From NCBI GenBank assembly GCA_002269645.1, contig NIVC01001742.1, positions 1 through 64,000 of the forward strand: DNA of 64,000 bases. The letters are read 5' to 3'. Under the pieces are notes generated by a model, which was given only the letters and a program-made list of their open reading frames with translations, was not told the DNA's origin and searched no databases. Shown in pieces: positions 19,401 to 33,400 of this stretch. The stretch is from Macrostomum lignano (lineage: Eukaryota). The position numbers and the translations under genes are program-made. Numbering within the stretch: position 1 is the first letter of the stretch; every line of letters begins with the position of its first letter.

Positions 19401-20118
19401 TCCATCTACAGGTCTGCTTTGTCTTTGGGTCTGTTTTCCATCAACAGGTCTGCTTTGTCTTTGGGTCTGCTTTCCATCAACAGGTCTGTTTTGTCTTTGG
19501 GTCTGTTTTCCATCTACAGGTCTGCTTTGTCTTTGGGTCTGTTTTCCATCAACAGGTCTGTTTTGTCTTTGGGTCTGTTTTCCATCTACAGGTCTGTTTT
19601 GTCTTTGGGTCTGTTTTCCATCTACAGGTCTGCTTTGTCTTTGGGTCTGTTTTCCATCAACAGGTCTGTTTTGTCTTTGGGTCTGTTTTCCATCAACAGG
19701 TCTGTTTTGTCTTTGGGTCTGTTTTCCATCTACAGGTCTGCTTTGTCTTTGGGTCTGTTTTCCATCAACAGGTCTGCTTTGTCTTTGGGTCTGCTTTCCA
19801 TCAACAGGTCTGTTTTGTCTTTGGGTCTGTTTTCCATCTACAGGTCTGTTTTGTCATTGGGTCTGTTTTCCATCTACAGGTCTGTTTTGTCTTTGGGTCT
19901 GTTTTCCATCAACAGGTCTGCTTTGTCTTTGGGTCTGTTTTCCATCTACAGGTCTGTTTTGTCTTTGGGTCTGTTTTCCATCTACAGGTCTGCTTTGTCT
20001 TTGGGTCTGTTTTCCATCTACAGGTCTGCTTTGTCTTTGGGTCTGTTTTCCATCTACAGGTCTGTTTTGTCTTTGGGTCTGTTTTCCATCAACAGGTCTG
20101 TTTTGTCATTGGGTCTGT
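16425..20118. repeat. 3.7-kb 36/39-bp minisatellite
   Basis: Unit ctttgggtctgttttccatctacaggtctgttttgt, about 100 copies; source of the 1240-aa and 1237-aa ORFs. Confidence 0.97.
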
Positions 20119-20930
20119 CTTCCGTAAGCTAATGTAAATGTTATTAATTTTTCTAGCTAAGCATGTAAAGCTAAACAATACAAATAAAGAAGCTAGCTGT
20201 ACATCTATCAGCTAATGGCAAAGAGAAAGTTAAATTTATTGCTAGCTACAATGGTTATTAATGTTTGTGCTCGTTCCATCTTGCCTTTGTGACGGCAAAA
20301 AGAAGTTTAGCTGTATGCAATGCATGTAAATGTAAATATCATTAGCATAGGTTGCAGTTCCTTTGATTTGGCATATGCGATGCTTGCATGTAATTCATTG
20401 TCCATTGTGTCCGGTCAACTTCTTTAATAATATGATACACTTGCCAAGGTATCAGATAGCAAGTAAATGATGTGCAGTTCACTAAGTTCAATAATACAAA
20501 ATAGATATGGAATCTTTGCCAACATTATTATAAATCGTACCCTTATTTAACAGGGCTTGTTTGAAGGCTTCAATTGCAAGTCTACATTTACATGTGTATT
20601 GTGCACAAGTGTATATGTAGCGGACTAGCGGTAAAAAAAACTTAATTTGTACATGTACAAGCAGGTACGTTCGTATTGACCTTGATGTTTCTGTTTAAGA
20701 TGTTAATTCAAAGACTCGTGTATAAGCCTGAATTGTTTTATGCATACAGCATTCACGTAACACATAATCCTTGCAGCTGTTTAATTAATGACAACTACGG
20801 GATGATGGACACCATCACACATGATTGCTGTCAACCCAAGTGTTGCATGATTAAACAATTTGTACAACAAATTATACATGTACATTTAAGTTCCTTCGCT
20901 AAAGAATGAGACACTGCGGGTATTTTTTAG

Positions 20931-21532
20931 TACGGGGTGTCCCAGAAGTAGTGTCACTTTTGCTTGCTTCCACAAGTATTAATGTGTCTTTAAAAATCAT
21001 ATGCCTTAAAAGTTAGCGGCTTATTTTAGCTTTCATGCCACGAAAGTCCGATTTTTATAAGTGCTTCCTGCTGTAAGCAGCATGCATTTGTTCGCATACC
21101 CTTAGCCATAGAAATACACACCGCATAGTGCTTCTATGCTCACTCAGAAGAAAGCCACAAGTACAGCTGATCAGGCACAGAGTTGCAAGACAGCAGTTCG
21201 AGGCTGGCCGGCAGTATGTTTTGCCAACTTACCCAAAGGTGGTGGGCCTTTGATATCTACAGCCAGCCTCGAACTGTTCCATTCATCAGCTGTACGTGTG
21301 GCTTTCTTCTGAGTGAGCATAGAAGCACTATGCAGTGTGTATTTCTATGGCTAAGGGTATGCGAACAAATGCATGCTGCTTACAGCAGGAAGCACTTATA
21401 AAAATGGGACTTTCGTGGCATGAAAGCTAAAATAAGCCGCTAACTTTTAAGGCATATGATTTTTTCGACACACATCAATACTTGTTTGTGGAAGCAAGCA
21501 AAAGTGACACTACTTCTGGGACACCCCTCGTA
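20931..21532. mobile_element. Tc1/mariner-type fold-back MITE with ~245-bp terminal inverted repeats and TA ends
   Basis: TACGGGGTGTCCCAGAAGTAGTGTCAC at the left end and GTGACACTACTTCTGGGACACCCCTCGTA at the right; the arms are near-perfect reverse complements. An inner 14-bp inverted repeat (CAGTTCGAGGCTGG) is also present. Confidence 0.85.
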
Positions 21533-22466
21533 GCTAGTGCATTTGCAATACTTTTTGCAATCGGCTTCCATACAATACTGAATTGCATTCGACAAGAGCA
21601 CACGTACAATATAAGCTACCTGTAAACACAAATTCTACCTGCATGTAGGGCTAGCATACTTATTCAACAGAAATTCTATACGACTTGAAGGCAGCTTATC
21701 CATAGAGATACCCGATATTAGGCAGTGAAAACTTTCTATCTCAATAATGCAATACTTTATAACGGCAACAAAGCTGCTTTATGTGCACAAATCACACAAT
21801 ACAGTGTATATGTATAAACAGTAGCGACTATAGCTTAGCTAAACCCAACACGCAAGCCTGCTTAACTGCGCTATTCAAATTTGCGCTAGCGACATCGCAC
21901 AAACAGCAGACTGGTTGATTTTCCCCCTGATTTGCTCACAGAGACAGTCTCTCTCTCTCTCTGTTAAGCAAACGTTCAGAATCCCGAAGCCTCCACTAGC
22001 TAGCTATTTGGGGAAATTCAATACGATCGCTTGCACAGTGTTATTGCAAAGTAGAACAGTCCCATGTTAGCTAGGAAATATACGAATTTCATATTCAGAA
22101 TGATGAGTCAGCAGTTGTGTGATTTTTTAATAACTTTATTCACAGAGTTACATGGACAAGAAATGGTAGGTTACAGTGTTTATATTTATATGTGTTTAGT
22201 GTTTATATTTATATTGCTTTTTATTTGATAAAATTATTTGATCGCACCTTCTTTTAGATTTGAATGTAGTTGTGAAAAAGGAATCGGAGGAGGTAAGAGA
22301 ACTAAAAAGAGACACCTTGGGTTTGCCGATCCTTGTAAAAAGAAAAAAATCCTATATGCGCCGTATAATGAGAACTAAAACTCTTAATGTACAATTATAC
22401 ACAAGCATTCGGTATCTTAAAATACTGAATAGTCTGAATTGGCATTGCCAAAATTATCTAAATGCT

Positions 22467-25400
22467 TCAAAACAATTTAGAATACCAGTGCAGAGACGAA
22501 GCGATAGTCTCTGAAAAATCAGCGGAGAAGGGCAGCCTTTGAAGAACGGGAGACGGGCAGCCCCTGAATAACCGGAGGAGACGGGGCAGCCCCTGAATAA
22601 CCGGAGGAGACGGGGCAGCCCCTGAATAACCGGAGGAGACGGGGCAGCCCCTGAATAACCGGAGGAGACGGGCAGCCCCTGAATAACCGGAGGAGACGGG
22701 CAGCCCCTGAATAACCGGAGGAGACGGGGCAGCCCCTAAACAACCGGAGGAGAGGAACAGCCCCTAAACAACCGGAGGAGAGGAACAGCCCCTAAACAAC
22801 CGGAGGAGAGGAACAACCCCTAAACAACCGGAGGAGAGGAACAACCCCTAAACAACCGGAGGAGAGGAACAGCCCCTAAACAACCGGAGGAGAGGAACAG
22901 CCCCTAAACAACCGGAGGAGAGGAACAGCCCCTAAAAAACCGGAGGAGAGGAACAGCCCCTAAACAACCGGAGGAGAGGAACAGCCCCTAAAAAACCGGA
23001 GGAGAGGAACAGCCTCTAAACAACAGGAGACGGGCAGCCCCTGAACAACCCGAGGAGACGGGCAGCCCCTGAACAACCCGAGGAGACGGGCAGCCCCTGA
23101 ACAACCCGAGGAGACGGGCAGCCCCTGAACAACCGGAGGAGACGGGCAGCCCCCGAAGAACCCGAGGAGACGGGCAGCCCTGAACAACCCGAGGAGACGG
23201 GCAGCCCCTGAACAACCGGAGGAGACGGGCAGCCCCCGAAGAACCCGAGGAGACGGGCAGCCCCTGAACAACCGGAGGAGACGGGCAGCCCCTGAACAAC
23301 CCGAGGAGACGGGCAGCCCCTGAACAACCGGAGGAGACGGGCAGCCCTGAACAACCCGAGGAGACGGGCAGCCCCTGAACAACCCGAGGAGACGGGCAGC
23401 CCCTGAACAACCCGAGGAGACGGGCAGCCCCTGAATAATCAGCGGAGACGGGCAGCCCCCGAAGAACCAGCGGAGACGGGCAGCCCCTGAACAACCGGAG
23501 GAGACGGGCAGCCCCCGAAGAACCCGAGGAGACGGGCAGCCCTGAACAACCGGAGGAGACGGGCAGCCCTGAACAACCCGAGGAGACGGGCAGCCCCTGA
23601 ACAACCCGAGGAGACGGGCAGCCCCCGAAGAACCAGCCAATTCAGTGAGCAGGCTACTCAGTCAGGTTTACCCAGCCGTTCATGCAAAGATTTCTTCGCC
23701 AGTTGAACCGAATCGGAGCCAGAAGCGGACAGCTCAGTCAGTTTGCAGCCGAGATACTTGGCCAGCACATTCAGACTGGCAAACAATGGATAGAAGTCCA
23801 GCAAATCGCAGAGCCAATTGGTCTCGGCAACGATAAATTCTGGTTGACACCTGTCTAATAGATAGATTTTAAAATTGACAGCGGAGATGTCGGTGAGGCA
23901 GGACTCTTGAAACTGTGCGGTGCCGCTTAGCGACTGTTCCAGCAGTTCTGTGGCACTGCCAGTTGGGGCCATAGACACAACCTGTCTGGCATAGTCCCAA
24001 GCGGCATAGTTGTGCTTGTGGCGCCTGGCGCAGTCTATGACCAGCCGGACCTCGGATAGGATGGCTGGATTGTTTGAAATCCACTGGCCCTGGCAACGGC
24101 TTAGCAACCAGTGTCTGAGCAATGTAGGATTTGTGTTTGCGAAAATTAATACTAATGAACATAAAGAACGTGACCCGATAAAATATCGAGATCTAAGTTT
24201 GTTCTGTTTCTTCTTGAGTTCTAAATTGACAATTGAAATCGGGTTTACAACAATTGACTTCCAACCCTAACGCTAATCTTTAACCCTAAGCCTAAGCTAA
24301 TACCTACACCTAAACCAGGGTTCGGCAAACTCCAGCCACATGCAGCCCGCAAAGTCTCTCTATCCGGCCCTCGGGTCCTTTGAAACTTCACAATAGCAAT
24401 CCGGTCCGCTCAAGGCTTGCGTGTCTCTTCTCAGCTCTCCTCTCTTCTCTCATCTTCTATCTCATCTCTTCTCTCCTTTCATCTCTCATCCTTATCTATA
24501 TCGATCTTCTCTCTTTTCTCTTCTCTCATCCCACATATCATATCTCATATCTGCTCTCACCTTTCCTCTTTTCTCTTCTATTCCTCTCTCCCTTTTATCT
24601 GGCCCTTGAAGTAAAAAGTTTGCCGACTCCTGCACTAAACTAAAAGTCAACCCTAAATTAAATCTGCTGTAGATTTAGTTTTATTTATCGGCCACAGCAG
24701 ACTTGTCTATGTCTATGATTTAATGTGAGCCGCAATGTACGTTAAATAAGATTTATATGTGAAGCGACAAAGCTGGCAAGAAAGCCAAAATAAAAATACA
24801 AAGTAACTGGGGGAGCAAAGACTCTCGAAAGAACCACAACATAACAAAATCGTAACCTAAACCGTACGAGTATGCAGTCAATGACAATAACTATCGATAA
24901 TTTCACCTGTACACGAACACAGTCTGCGACTTGGGTCGAACGCTTAAACATAATTTAACGTAGTCAAGCTCGCTTTCTATCTCCGCTTTGCTTAACAACG
25001 AGGGGTCGGAGGAGGTAAGCTGATCGTAGTGGCAGCGTCTGAAAAATTTAGGAAAAAAGTATTTTTTTAACCTTCTATCTCGCAGAAAGTGACCACTGAG
25101 ATTTAATTAGCGCACTTACCGAATGTTCCACAGCGTGGCAACCTCCGTGTTAATTAGTAAGAGAACATCTAGAAGAGTCTGAAAGGCCAAAGATTGCGCA
25201 CAGATCGTGTTCGTTGTTTAGTAGATTAAAGAAATAAATTATTACAAGCGTTAATAACATTTCTTTAAAGTTATTTTCAATATTTAAATACACAAATCCT
25301 ACACTACTATCTTATCAGTGAGGCTAACCCCCGCAAACCAATCCCTTCACAAACCAACCTATTCACAAAACAACCCCTTCACAATATAACCCCTTAATGA

Positions 25401-27379
25401 CAGACCAACCTCCTCAAAAAGTCAACCCCTTAAAATCAACCCTCTCTCACAATCCACTCCCCACAATCCACTCCCCACAATCCACCCCTCACAAACCAAT
25501 CCCGACAATCCACTCCCCACAATCCACTCCCCACAATCCACTCCCCACAATCCACCCCTCACAAACCAATCCCCACAATCCACTCCCCACAATCCACTCC
25601 CCACAATCCACTCCCCACAATCCACCCCTCACAAACCAATCCCCACAATCCACTCCCCACAATCCACTCCCCACAATCCACTCCTCACAAACCAATCCCC
25701 ACAATCCACTCCCCACAATCCACTCCCCACAATCCACTCCCCACAATCCACCCCTCACAAACCAATCCCCACAATCCACTCCCCACAATCCACTCCCCAC
25801 AATCCACTCCCCACAATCCACTCCCCACAATCCACCCCTCACAAACCAATCCCCACAATCCACTCCCCACAATCCACTCCCCACAATCCACTCCCCACAA
25901 TCCACTCCCCACAATCCACTCCCCACAATCCACTCCCCACAATCCACCCCCCACAATCCACCCCCTCACAATACACCCCCTCACAATCCATCCCATCACA
26001 AACCAACGCCTTTACAAACCAACCGTTTCACAATACAACCCCTTAATGACAGACTAACTTTCTCATAAAGTCAGCAGCCCCTTAAAAGCTGTTCAAGCTT
26101 CCCCTCCATAAACCTGTAAGAATTTATAAACACCGTACCCTCTCATCCTGCACGTCCATGCGCAGGTGATTAGGCAGACGAGCTCTTGTCTGGTCGTTGC
26201 CATCCGCGGAAAAGTACGCCAACCGCATGGTGGCTTTGGCAACGCAGCTGCAAATACCCATGTGGCCATCGATGCACGCGTAGGCGGGCGGCTCAGCAAC
26301 TGCGGCCGTGTGCTCCGAATGGTGCGGCAGGAACTCGCAGGTAGTTCTGCATTGTCAGTGGTGTCATGCAGCTGATAAATTTGTCTAAATGTAGAAGGAA
26401 AGAGTTTAAACAAAAAATAGGATTGCCAATGTACACTCGGAACAGAATCAAAGGTAGGTGGGTGACAAAGAATGTACACTCAGAGTCAAAGATGAGAAAG
26501 GGATCAAGGAATGTACATTCAGAATCTGATAGCGGGTATCAAAGAATGTACACTCAGCATCTGATAGCGGGTATCAAAGAATGTACACTCAGCATCTGAT
26601 AGCAGGTATCAAAGAATGTACACTCAGCATCTGATAGCGGGTATCAAAGAATGTACACTCAGCATCTGATAGCGGGTATCAAGGAATGTACATTCAGAAT
26701 CGGATAGCGGGTATCAAGGAATGTACATTCAGAATCGGATAGCGGGTATCAAGGAATGTAAATTCAGAATCGGATAGCGGGTATCAAGGAATGTACATTC
26801 AGAATCTGATAGCGGGTATCAAAGAATGTACACTCAGCATCTGATAGCGGGTATCAAAGAATGTACATTCAGAATCGGATAGCGGGTATCAAAGAATGTA
26901 CACTCAGCATCTGATAGCGGGTATCAAAGAATGTACATTCAGAATCGGATAGCAGGTATCAAAGAATGTACATTCAGAATCGGATAGCAGGTATCAAAGA
27001 ATGTACACTCAGCATCTGATAGCGGGTATCAAAGAATGTACACTCAGCATCTGAGAGCGGGTATCAAAGAATGTACACTCAGCATCTGATAGCGGGTATC
27101 AAAGAATGTACATTCAGAATCGGATAGCAGGTATCAAAGAATGTACATTCAGAATCGGATAGCAGGTATCAAAGAATGTACACTCAGCATCTGATAGCGG
27201 GTATCAAAGAATGTACACTCAGCATCTGAGAGCGGGTATCAAAGAATGTACACTCAGCATCTGATAGCGGGTATCAAAGAATGTACACTCAGCATCTGAT
27301 AGCGGGTATCAAAGACTTACGCGACAGCCAGATGCCGCGAAAACCAATCGAGAAACTCGGCAATATCGATTCGAGCCGA
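22467..27379 (-). CDS. PTAR1: Protein prenyltransferase alpha subunit repeat-containing protein 1; exons 27321-27379, 26139-26346, 25120-25178, 24907-25038, 23672-24114, 22467-22510 (start exon unresolved)
   Basis: Spliced product contains LLLINTEVATLWNIR, ELDYVKLCLSVRPKSQTVFVYR and EVRLVIDCARRHKHNYAAWDYARQV (PFTA repeats), colinear with PTAR1. GT-AG junctions are phase-consistent (2,0,2,2,1). The last exon is less certain, as an in-frame stop at 23658 could end the CDS instead. Confidence 0.8.
22520..23637. repeat. 28-bp minisatellite in the last PTAR1 intron
   Basis: Unit ccggaggagacgggcagcccctgaataa, with a gaggagaggaacagcccctaaacaacc sub-block. Confidence 0.95.
24316..24632. mobile_element. 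hAT-type MITE with a CT-rich interior
   Basis: TIRs CAGGGTTCGGCAAACT and AGTTTGCCGACTCCTG; flanking 8-mers ACCTAAAC and CACTAAAC resemble a degenerate 8-bp TSD. Confidence 0.75.
25440..25990. repeat. C-rich 14-bp-based minisatellite
   Basis: (cactccccacaatc)n interspersed with cacccctcacaaaccaat units. Confidence 0.95.
26470..27314. repeat. 35-bp minisatellite in a PTAR1 intron
   Basis: Unit gaatgtacactcagcatctgatagcgggtatcaaa, running to within a few bases of the donor at 27320. Confidence 0.95.
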
Positions 27380-27864
27380 CTGGAACAGAATCAAAATAAC
27401 AATCATAATTAACAAACCAAGTAGGTAGACTCGCATATCCACTGTTAAACAATCAGGCCTAGAACCGCTAGTGCGAGGGTTCCAAAATCTGAGCGCATTG
27501 ACCGAATCAATTAGCGGGATTAAAAGATAGGATTCTATTATTATTATTATTATAATCATTACTTGCCAGATAGGGACATATTGGGTAAGGGTAAAAAGAG
27601 TCGCAGAGTTGCCACTGCCCTAGCGCGCTGATCAAGGTGAGGCACAAGTATACGAGGAAACAACGGAAATGAGGAGTATAAATTTAGGAAATAAAAAGCC
27701 CCGATGGTATGCAGCTGTATAAATCGAATGTGAATGTTAGAAAGCCCACATTATATAGTTAGGCATCGGAAAATTGATAAAAGTGCAACCCTCATGTGTC
27801 TGAGTTCAAGTGCTCAAAACCTAAAGTTTCCTTTTTTGCTTGTAAGAGGAGAGAGGAAAAAGAT

Positions 27865-28850
27865 TCTTGTGATGGGGGTCAGAGGGCGATTTTTGTAATG
27901 GGGGTCAGAGGGCGATTCTTGTAATAGGGGTCAGAGGGCGATTTTTGTAATGGGGGTCAGAGGGCGATTCTTGTAATAGGGGTCAGAGGGCGATTCTTGT
28001 AATGGGGGTCAGAGGGCGATTCTTGTAATAGGGGTCAGAGGGCGATTCTTGTAATGGGGGTCAGAGGGCGATTCTTGTAATGGGGGTCAGAGGGCGATTC
28101 TTGTAATAGGGGTCAGAGGGCGATTCTTGTAATGGGGGTCAGAGAGCGATTCTTGTAATAGGGGTCAGAGGGCGATTCTTGTAATGGGGGTCAGAGGGCG
28201 ATTCTTGTAATGGGGGTCAGAGGGCGATTCTTGTAATAGGGGTCAGAGGGCGATTTTTGTAATGGGGGTCAGAGGGCGATTCTTGTAATGGGGTCAAAGT
28301 GCGATTCTTGTAATAGGGGTCAGAGGGCGATTCTTGTAATGGGGGTCAGAGGGCGATTCTTGTAATAGGGGTCAGAGGGCGATTCTTGTAATGGGGGTCA
28401 GAGGGCGATTCTTGTAATGGGGGTCAGATGGCGATTCTTGTAATAGGGGTCAGAGGGCGATTCTTGTAATGGGGGTCAGATGGCGATTCTTGTAATAGGG
28501 GTCAGAGGGCGATTCTTGTAATGGGGGTCAGAGGGCGATTCTTGTAATGGGGGTCAGAGGGCGATTCTTGTAATGGGGGTCAGAGGGCGATTCTTGTAAT
28601 GGGGGTCAGAGGGCGATTCTTGTAATAGGGGTCAGAGGGAGATTCTTGTGATGGGGGTCAGAGGGCGATTCTTGTAATGGAGGTCAGAGGGCAATTCTTG
28701 TGATGGGGGCCAGAGGGAGATTCTTGTAATGGGGGTCAGAGGGCAATTCTTGTGATGGGTGTCAGAGGGAGATTCTTGTAATGGGGGTCAGAGGGAGATT
28801 CTTGTAATGGGGGCCAAAGGGCGATTCTTGTAATGGAGGTCAGAGGGCGA
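27865..28850. repeat. 26-bp minisatellite
   Basis: Unit ggggtcagagggcgattcttgtaatg. Confidence 0.95.
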
Positions 28851-29569
28851 TCTTTTTAAGGGGATCTAACCCTAACCCAAACCATATTCTTGAACGAGGG
28901 AATACGTTTTTTGTACCGCGATATTAGAGTATAGGTGACGCTTATTAGAGAACTGTATCTCGATGCCATATATACGATGCCATATATACTTGAAGCAGTT
29001 TAATAAAAAAATTAGAAAGATTGAAAGATTGATTGATATTATTTTGCTGCCAATTAAAGCTCATATAATACATATTTTTTGTTTAGCACACACAATATTC
29101 TTGTTGCTTACTAGCAGTAGTGTGTTTCAAAAATAATTTTTATTTTGAAAAATAGTGAACAACTGGTTAGTCTTTAAACGTCTGGATAACTTTCCAACCA
29201 TTACCCATCGCTGCCTTTTTGATGATTCCTAAAGACTATAGGATTTTAGTTAGATAGCATAAATAAGGGTTGAAAGACCTTATGCTGTACACTACTTACT
29301 CAATAGATAATAGTTCTCTTTTCCATGCTTATTAACTTTGTTACACAAATTTTCCTGATGCCCTTCCTATCTTATAATTATGAACAGAATTATAACAAGA
29401 CAACATGACAAATAAAACTTCAAACAATGCAACTTTTTAATGTTACAAAAATGCACTTTATGAAAGCTATGCATCAACTGAAACAGCTATTAAAATAAGC
29501 AAATTAAACTAGTTAGTGGCAGTAAATCAAGAACAAAATTGAGTAGTAACAGGACTTAACACATTTAAT

Positions 29570-30320
29570 AATCTGGGAGGCTGGCCCAGCAACTGGAGAT
29601 CTGGGAGGCTGGCCCAGCAACTGGTGATCTGGGAGGCTGGTGGCCCAGCAACGGAGGATCTGGGAGGCTGGTGGCCCAGCAACGGAGGATCTGGGAGGCT
29701 GGCCCAGCAACAGAGAATCTGGGAGGCTGGCCCAGCAACTGGGGATCTGGGAGGCTGGTGGCCCAGCAACGGAGGATCTGGGAGGCTGGCCCAGCAACTG
29801 GGGATCTGGGAGGCTGGTGGCCCAGCAACTGGGGATCTGGGAGGCTGGCCCAGCAACTGGGGATCTGGGAGGCTGGCCCAGCAACTGGGGATCTGGGAGG
29901 CTGGCCCAGCAACTGGGGATCTGGGAGGCTGGTGGCCCAGCAACGGAGGATCTGGGAGGCTGGCCCAGCAACTGGGGATCTGGGAGGCTGGTGGCCCAGC
30001 AACTGGGATCTGGGAGGCTGGCCCAGCAACTGGGGATCTGGGAGGCTGGCCCAGCAACTGAGTATCTGAGAGGTTGGCCCAGCAACGGAGGATCTGGGAG
30101 GCTGGCCCAGCAACGGAGGATCTTTGAGGCTGGCCCAGCAACAGAGTATCTGAGAGGCTGGCCCAGAAACTGAGGATCTGGGAGGCTGGCCCAGCAACTG
30201 AGGATCTGGGAGGCTGGCCCAGCAACTGAGGATCTGGGAGACTGGCCCAGCAACTGAGGATCTGGGAGGCTGGCCCAGCAACGGAGGGTCTGGGAGGCTG
30301 GCCCAGCAACAGAGAATCTG
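29570..30320. repeat. 28/31-bp minisatellite just downstream of the INTS6 stop codon
   Basis: Unit gatctgggaggctggcccagcaactggg. Confidence 0.95.
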
Positions 30321-30437
30321 GTCGGGTAGTAGGCAACAGTTCTGACATGCTACGCCCTCACTACTAATATCAGTCCTTGAATTCAATCACAGCACGTTCA
30401 CACAAAGTTTCTCAGACACAGCAGACGCTCCAGCTGT

Positions 30438-33400
30438 TCAACTATCGGCAACCGCGGCCGCCAGCTCCGGCATCAGGGCTTCAGCGTCGTCCCCAACCGA
30501 GTCCAGCCAGCGGGCCACCCGCCGGAGCAGTTTGACAAGATCCCGCCGACGGAACCTGGCCGCCTCCGCCTCCAGACAGGCTACCACGGCCCGGCGCTGG
30601 TCGGATCGGCACCGACAGGCGACAATCTGGTCCAGCAGGTCCGACAGGCCCGCCAGCGGGCAGCCACGCACCGCCGGCAGCAGCCGCGTCAGCAGTCGAT
30701 CGGCAGCTTCAAAGTGTCGACGCTCGTCGAGAACGGCGGCAGCAGCGGCCGCGGCTGGCGACAAGGTCGGCGGCGACGATGGCGAAGACGGCTGGCGATG
30801 GTCAGCGGACGTCGATGAAGAATCAGCGCAGGTGTTGTCGATGTCGCCACCGAAATCGTCGCCCCCGTCCGCTGGCAGCAGCCTCGGCGGCGACATCGGC
30901 GAATTCGGCGACGTTGGCGATTTCGGCGAAGAAGGCATCGACGCGTCGCTAGTTGACAGATTTGCGACATCTCCGAAGCCGCTGATTGTCGACGCCGAAG
31001 TCAGCGAGTCGATAGAGTCTCGCCGGTGCGGCGCCGGCGACGGCGGCGGAGTTCGCAGCGACCGGAGTGTCACCTCCGGCGGCAGCGGCCCCGGCTTGCG
31101 TCGCTTTGGCAACGACGGCGACGATAAATCGATGCCGGCTGGACCGACGCTGCCGCCGCCGCCGCCGACACCGCCGGCGCCACCAACTCCGCCAGAGTGC
31201 GGCCGCTTCCGGTTGCTAGCCAGCTGCTGAAGCTCGTCGGCCTCATCGACGGCCTGAAAGCCGACCTGCTTCATCTGCTTGGCCAGCTTGAACGGATTGC
31301 CGAAGGTGTGCAGCCGCAGCGGGCTGGAGTCGAGCTCCCTCAGCGGCGGCGGCTGGCGCTTTAAATACTCGGTGTAGTTGCCCATCACCGACACCGGCTG
31401 GCTGTGTCGAGAGTCGTCGTGAACCGGCGATGCGCCTCGTAGCGCGGCCAGCAGGTTGGCCCGCATCTGAACTAAGCAGGTGCGCAAGGATTCCCTGGGC
31501 ACGTGAAAAGGATTCTGATACGGCCTGTTGGCTTCCGAAGGCTGCTGCTGCTGCTGCAACTGAAGCTGCTGCTGCTGGCTGATCACTTGAAGTCGAAGCG
31601 GCGGCTGCTGCGGCGGCGGCTGAGCTGGGATCTGGTTGCCCCTGGCAACCAGCTGCAGATCAATGTCTGGAAGGGGCACCACGCAGGGCCGGGCAACTTC
31701 AATGAACCGGCCCTCCTCGGGGTGCTGCTGGTTGCTGGCTGCCGTGGCCACCACCACCCGGTCGTATTCGGCTTTGGCGGCGACGCGGACTTTTTTCAGG
31801 TAGGACTGGACAGCCGGACTCACGGGGACCGCGTGCGACACCTGAGGGGGCGGGGTGGGATCAGGGGTGGTAATGCTAGAGTTGGTAGGAAATGGGATTT
31901 GAGCCACAGCTTAAGCTGAATTATGGGATTTGAGTGACAGCTTTTAAACTGAATTATGGGATTTGAGAAATGGGATTTGAGTGACAGCTTAAGCTGAATT
32001 ATGGAATTCGAGAAATGGGATTTGAGTGACAGCTCAAGCTGAATTATGGGATTTGAGAAATGGGATTTGAGCGACAGCTCAAGCTGAATTATGGGATTTG
32101 AGAAATAGGAGTTGAGCGACAGCTCAAGCTGAATTATGGGAATTGAGAAATGGGATTTGAGCGACAGCTCAAGCTGAAATATGGGATTTGAGTGACAGCT
32201 TTTAAACTGAATTATGGGATTTGAGAAATGGGATTTAAGAAATGGGATTTCAGTGACAGCTCAAATGAATTATGGGATTTGAGTGACAGCTCAAACTGAA
32301 TTATGGGATTTGAGTGACAGCTCAAACTGAATTATGGAATTTGAGTGACAGCTCAAACTGAATTATGGAATTTGAGTGACAGCTCAAGCTGAATTATGGA
32401 ATTTGAGTGACAGCTTAAGCTGAATTATGGGATTTGAGTGACAGCTCAAGCTGAATTATGGAATTTGAGTGACAGCTCAAGCTGAGTTATGGGATTTGAG
32501 TGACAGCTCAAACTGAATTATGGAATTTGAGTTACAGCTCAAGCTGAATTATGGGATTTGAGTGACAGCTCAAGCTGAATTATGGGATTTGAGTGACAGC
32601 TCAAGCTGAATTATGGGATTTAAGTGACAGCTCAAGCTGAATTTTGAGTTTTGAGTGACAGCTCAAGCTGAATTATGAGTTTTGAGTGACAGCTCAAACT
32701 GAATTATGGGATTTGAGTGACAGCTCAAACTGAATTATGGGATTTGAGTGACACCTCAAACTGAATTATGGAATTTGAGTGACAGCTCAAACTGAATTAT
32801 GGAATTTGAGTGACAGCTTTAAATGAGGGAAAACATTGAGCAGAGTGTTGATTAACCAACACTCCAGCTCACCTGATCCGGCACCACACCCTTCACGCCC
32901 AATTTCTCCATAGCCCTGGCCAAAGGCTGTCCATAATAAGACGGCATCCGCCGCAGGTATTCGGCAAAGCGAGCCCGCCACTGGTCAGTTGGCTTCATCT
33001 TGTGCAATTTAATCAGCTCGTCTAGCAGAGCAAACAGTGTGGGATAGTCGTAGGGCAGTACAATCAGATTAACCGACTGCAAGTTGCTAGCCGGCTTCAA
33101 ATAGCCAAAAGGTTTCTGCGCCTCGGGCGCGCTAGACTTGGCGCTGTGAGGCACGTGACATTGCCAGGCCGAGTGCGGCTCGCGCCTCTCCAGGATGTAC
33201 TGCGTCAGAGGCGACGGTTCCAGCTCGTATTTGTCGAATGGGAATCCGTCAATTGCTTGAGGCTCGGCTTTCTGACAGACGAATCTCACTAGAGGATGGG
33301 CGGACCTGGGCGGCAGCCGGTAGGCGCTGAGGTCAGGCCAGTAGGCCTCGGGAATCGGCCAGTGACCCGTGGCGTTGCCGCGCTGGGTGGACACTTTCAC

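Noticed and set aside
16405-20132. 1240-aa and 1237-aa ORFs
   Set aside because: They are translations of a 36/39-bp tandem repeat whose unit lacks stops in two frames, with no unique domain or splice context.
22260-22514. 84-aa plus-strand ORF
   Set aside because: It is antisense to the predicted last exon and 3' UTR of PTAR1 and has no recognisable protein features.
24263-24315. Interstitial telomere-like CCCTAA repeats
   Set aside because: Too short and degenerate to call a telomeric remnant; noted only as the MITE insertion context.
27380-27570. Start exon of PTAR1 (ATG near 27570 with GT or GC donors)
   Set aside because: The candidate donors do not give the needed phase without adding an implausible hydrophobic segment, so it is left unresolved.
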